Virus record (IMG/VR): IMGVR_UViG_3300014050_000004
Coordinates: 1 to 64,000 of that record
Length of the DNA: 64,000 bases
From: a virus
Direction: 5' to 3' (one strand)
Part shown: positions 61,580-64,000 of the stretch, in pieces
How positions within the stretch are numbered: position 1 is the stretch's first letter
How the letters are laid out: every line of letters starts with the position of its first letter
The notes under the pieces: generated by a model
Database searches by the model: none
Told to the model about the DNA's origin: nothing
What the model saw: the letters and a program-made list of their open reading frames with translations, nothing else
Position numbers and translations under genes: made by a program

Positions 61580-62803
61580 TCAACACAAAGGGGTAGGACT
61601 GTCTCTTCCTTCGCAAGGCAAACAACCCAGCTTCCACAGGGAGTTTATGGAAACTTTCTCAAAAGAGTTGTCCATCAACCAACCTTTACCCTGAGGAGAT
61701 CTAACAACTAAGTAAAACCTCCCAGTCGGAGTTTGTATGAAAACATCCGTCTTAATTCCTATCAGTGTTCCTCCCATCAAACTGGATTTAGGGGAGGTGG
61801 GATTCATAGGATCCGTGTACAGATTCTGCAGTGCTCCTTGAACAACAGCGAATTCCCCTGACTGGAACCCTGAGGAGAAGGTGGAATCTAGAACACTTCC
61901 GGAATCGATTGTCCCTGTGAGTGCCCCCTTGACAGTGTTTCTCCAAAGTTCAAGGGCGTACTTCACAAGTTTCTTTCCAGTTGGGGAATATAGGACCTCT
62001 TTGATTGGAGTTTTGCAATCCCCTTGAAACATTGTCACAACAAGCTTGCCGTCCTCTGTGTAGCTGTTTGTGCTGAGTAGACAAATTGGTTGAGATAGAG
62101 GGTCTTCTGCGAAAATCTCTTCGGGGTCACAAACAAATACCCAATTCCCTGTTTGAGTGATTTCGTTGCTCCATTTAATTCCAGAAGGGCGAGTGAACTC
62201 CTCATCACCTTCTTCCGTCCCCGGATACCAAGGTACGTAAATGTCTCCGCTTGATTCTTCAACGACGCCCCCAAGGGGAAGAGAAGTTGCTAACTTGTGG
62301 CCGGGGAAGATCTCCCTACAATTCCCTCTCTGCACACATGGATCCAGGGCTATAAATGGCAAAACTTCCTCAATGACAACTGTGTAGTTCTGGGTGTATG
62401 TGTACTGGGATTGCTCTGTTATTCCAGCGAATTGGGAGGAGACACAGTGGAACGGTTCTAAAACTTGGACAAAGGACCCTGAAGGGGAACCTCCGGAAAT
62501 TGTTATTTCCGCCGCTGTAATGAGTTGAATTGCAAAGTCATGGCCGGAGCTTGACAGGTAGTTCTGACAAGAAAAGTTGAGCTCAAAGTAGAGAGTTTTC
62601 TCGTATATGAGAGGGTTCCTGTTTTTTAGTACCGAGGAAGAATTGGTGTATCTAACAACAATGTTGTTAGTTTGCTCCACGACTCCTTCGTTATCCGCTG
62701 CATCGGCAAGCCTTAAGACATTCACCCCGAGTGGAATCAGAGGAGACGCAATGAGGGCGTCACACAGGTACTGTTCAATTCTTGTGATTGTTGAGAGTTC
62801 CAA
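61580..62803 (-). CDS. Probable tail completion/terminator-like protein with C-terminal extension
   Basis: N-terminal 140 aa show a neck/tail-terminator-like pattern; lies between the gp36-like adaptor and terminase genes. Confidence 0.5.
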   Translation of the reverse strand: MELSTITRIEQYLCDALIASPLIPLGVNVLRLADAADNEGVVEQTNNIVVRYTNSSSVLKNRNPLIYEKTLYFELNFSCQNYLSSSGHDFAIQLITAAEITISGGSPSGSFVQVLEPFHCVSSQFAGITEQSQYTYTQNYTVVIEEVLPFIALDPCVQRGNCREIFPGHKLATSLPLGGVVEESSGDIYVPWYPGTEEGDEEFTRPSGIKWSNEITQTGNWVFVCDPEEIFAEDPLSQPICLLSTNSYTEDGKLVVTMFQGDCKTPIKEVLYSPTGKKLVKYALELWRNTVKGALTGTIDSGSVLDSTFSSGFQSGEFAVVQGALQNLYTDPMNPTSPKSSLMGGTLIGIKTDVFIQTPTGRFYLVVRSPQGKGWLMDNSFEKVSINSLWKLGCLPCEGRDSPTPLC

Positions 62804-62809
62804 GTTTGT

Positions 62810-63868
62810 TTAGGGGTACGTAAGGTCAGATCCACCGAGATATGTGCCACCGGAGTCACTCGGGTAAGAGAGATCGAGAGCACCCCCGAGGTCTTCGAAG
62901 TTTCTGGGAGTAATCCAGTTGGGAAATTCGGAATTTTGTCCAACAGAACCGAATCCAACCCTGTAGTCAGGGGCTTGGTCTCCTCCCATATCTGTCACCC
63001 ACCCTGAAAAACCTTTGCCGGACATGGCATTGTACCTTTGAGGCACTCTCCACGTCCTCATGATGCCCTGTTTTGTATCGATAGCTGACAATCCGTGGCC
63101 CGCTCGGATCGCTGTCATTTGCCTTTCAGCATCAAGTTGCTTCAACGCTTCCACGTAGTCTTTGGAAACATCTTCCCTTCTTCGGATGGTATCCAAATAG
63201 TATCGAGCGATGATCAGAGCAGTTCTTCTGCGGCTGCTTGTTATCAAAACTTTCCCTGCCTTTCCCGACTGCTCAATGTACGAGTCGATGAGAGCATTAG
63301 CGTCCTCGATTGCCATACGCAGCTTGGCAACATTCACGCTCGTGGCACTTGCATCATCTATGTTCGTAAGTTGAATGGCTTCTTTCAGGCCGTAAGCAAG
63401 TATGAAATCATCCGGGGAAGCATTCTTCGGATCTGCAGATCTGTTCTGATACGGAAACCCGTATCCACCGATGGTTTCTCCGAGGTTAGAATTATTTCGA
63501 GTCCCGTCTGTGTCCTCGTTGGAGGCTAGAGAGTTGAGAACAGAAACCCTGTAGAAGGCTCTTACGGCGTTTCTTTTCTTTACCACGCTGTCAGATCCCG
63601 GGGGAACTGGCGCTCTCATACATATTTCAAGGTCTAGGGGAGGTTCATAGGTAACAAACACCTCATCAAGATGGGAGAGGCTGGTGTCCAGAACCAGAGA
63701 GACTATCGTATCTGAAGCGTAAGAGACTGAAGTGACCCCGTACTGTCCGTAATTGATCGTGAAGGAAGTAGATGGTACTGCCACCCTGTTGTCCAAAGGA
63801 GAGTCAAAATACAGTGACACTCCCGTGGGGGAAGCTAGCACTGCTTGTTTCATTCTTGGGACTGCCAT
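62810..63868 (-). CDS. Mu gp36/DUF1320-like head-tail adaptor with N-terminal Ig/SwmB-like domain
   Basis: AYGLKEAIQLTN...AIEDANALIDSYI...IIARYYLD...DYVEALKQL; N-terminal LYFDSPLD...VFVTYEPP. Confidence 0.72.
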   Translation of the reverse strand: MAVPRMKQAVLASPTGVSLYFDSPLDNRVAVPSTSFTINYGQYGVTSVSYASDTIVSLVLDTSLSHLDEVFVTYEPPLDLEICMRAPVPPGSDSVVKKRNAVRAFYRVSVLNSLASNEDTDGTRNNSNLGETIGGYGFPYQNRSADPKNASPDDFILAYGLKEAIQLTNIDDASATSVNVAKLRMAIEDANALIDSYIEQSGKAGKVLITSSRRRTALIIARYYLDTIRRREDVSKDYVEALKQLDAERQMTAIRAGHGLSAIDTKQGIMRTWRVPQRYNAMSGKGFSGWVTDMGGDQAPDYRVGFGSVGQNSEFPNWITPRNFEDLGGALDLSYPSDSGGTYLGGSDLTYP

Positions 63869-63873
63869 AGGTC

Positions 63874-64000
63874 TTAATTCCTAACTAAATAGCTATCGTC
63901 GTCATTTGAAAGGGGAATGAAGGCTTCTGAAACCCAGAAAGCTCTAGCTTCATTTCTAACTCTTATAAGGTTCCCTTCTGAGGAAGGGTAGAGACAGTTC
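63874..64000 (-). CDS. 3' end of a gene that starts beyond the window
   Basis: Open frame NCLYPSSEGNLIRVRNEARAFWVSEAFIPLSNDDDSYLVRN followed by a stop. Confidence 0.6.
   Translation of the reverse strand, partial: NCLYPSSEGNLIRVRNEARAFWVSEAFIPLSNDDDSYLVRN

Noticed and set aside
61683-61691. GGGTAAAGG inside 61580..62803
   Set aside because: It is intragenic, over 100 nt from the next start, and lacks the final T of the consensus.
1-64000. tRNA, rRNA, CRISPR array, integrase or IS element
   Set aside because: None was recognised by eye. Intergenic gaps are short and explained by promoters and terminators; a tRNAscan run would be needed to exclude a tRNA formally.

Overview
This window is a 64-kb segment of a large tailed cyanophage with a contractile-type tail and a gene order that is not T4-like. 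Almost all genes lie on the minus strand, and the probable host is a picocyanobacterium. Photosynthesis and host-type genes: psbA split by two HNH-encoding group I introns, hli, a probable nblA, hsp20, speD, phoH and mazG. Replication and nucleotide genes: nrdA with an internal glutaredoxin domain, nrdB, thyX, dCMP deaminase, UvrD-like helicase, SF3-type primase/helicase, SSB-like protein, 5'-3' and DEDDh exonucleases, and two sigma factors. Virion genes: TerL, Mu gp36-like adaptor, tape measure, baseplate hub, gpU-like protein and two giant paralogous fibre proteins. The most striking signal is a modular protein family. Ten copies of a 21-aa F-T-R-C-x-R-P-D/N-G-x-x-Y-G-T-x-G-x-C-K/R-K-G motif (one of them degenerate) occur in 9 genes, and a four-Cys C-x-KGK-x-C-x3-CI-x5-C motif occurs in 3 more. 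These motifs are fused to unrelated cargo: an ADP-ribosyltransferase, three kinases, an HxGH nucleotidyltransferase, an HNH nuclease and basic coiled coils. Many of these proteins also share an N-terminal G-x-F-x4-[LIV]-[ED]-x-[YF] leader and F-[AS]-E motifs. They sit in units headed by a recurring GGGTAA(A/G)NT element, usually 21-36 nt upstream of the start codon, and the window encodes a SigF/SigB-like sigma factor lacking its region-4.2 helix. My inference is a late-expressed, capsid-loaded, shuffled effector arsenal. No database searches were run; family names come from motif recognition, and start codons are adjusted where the sequence supports it.
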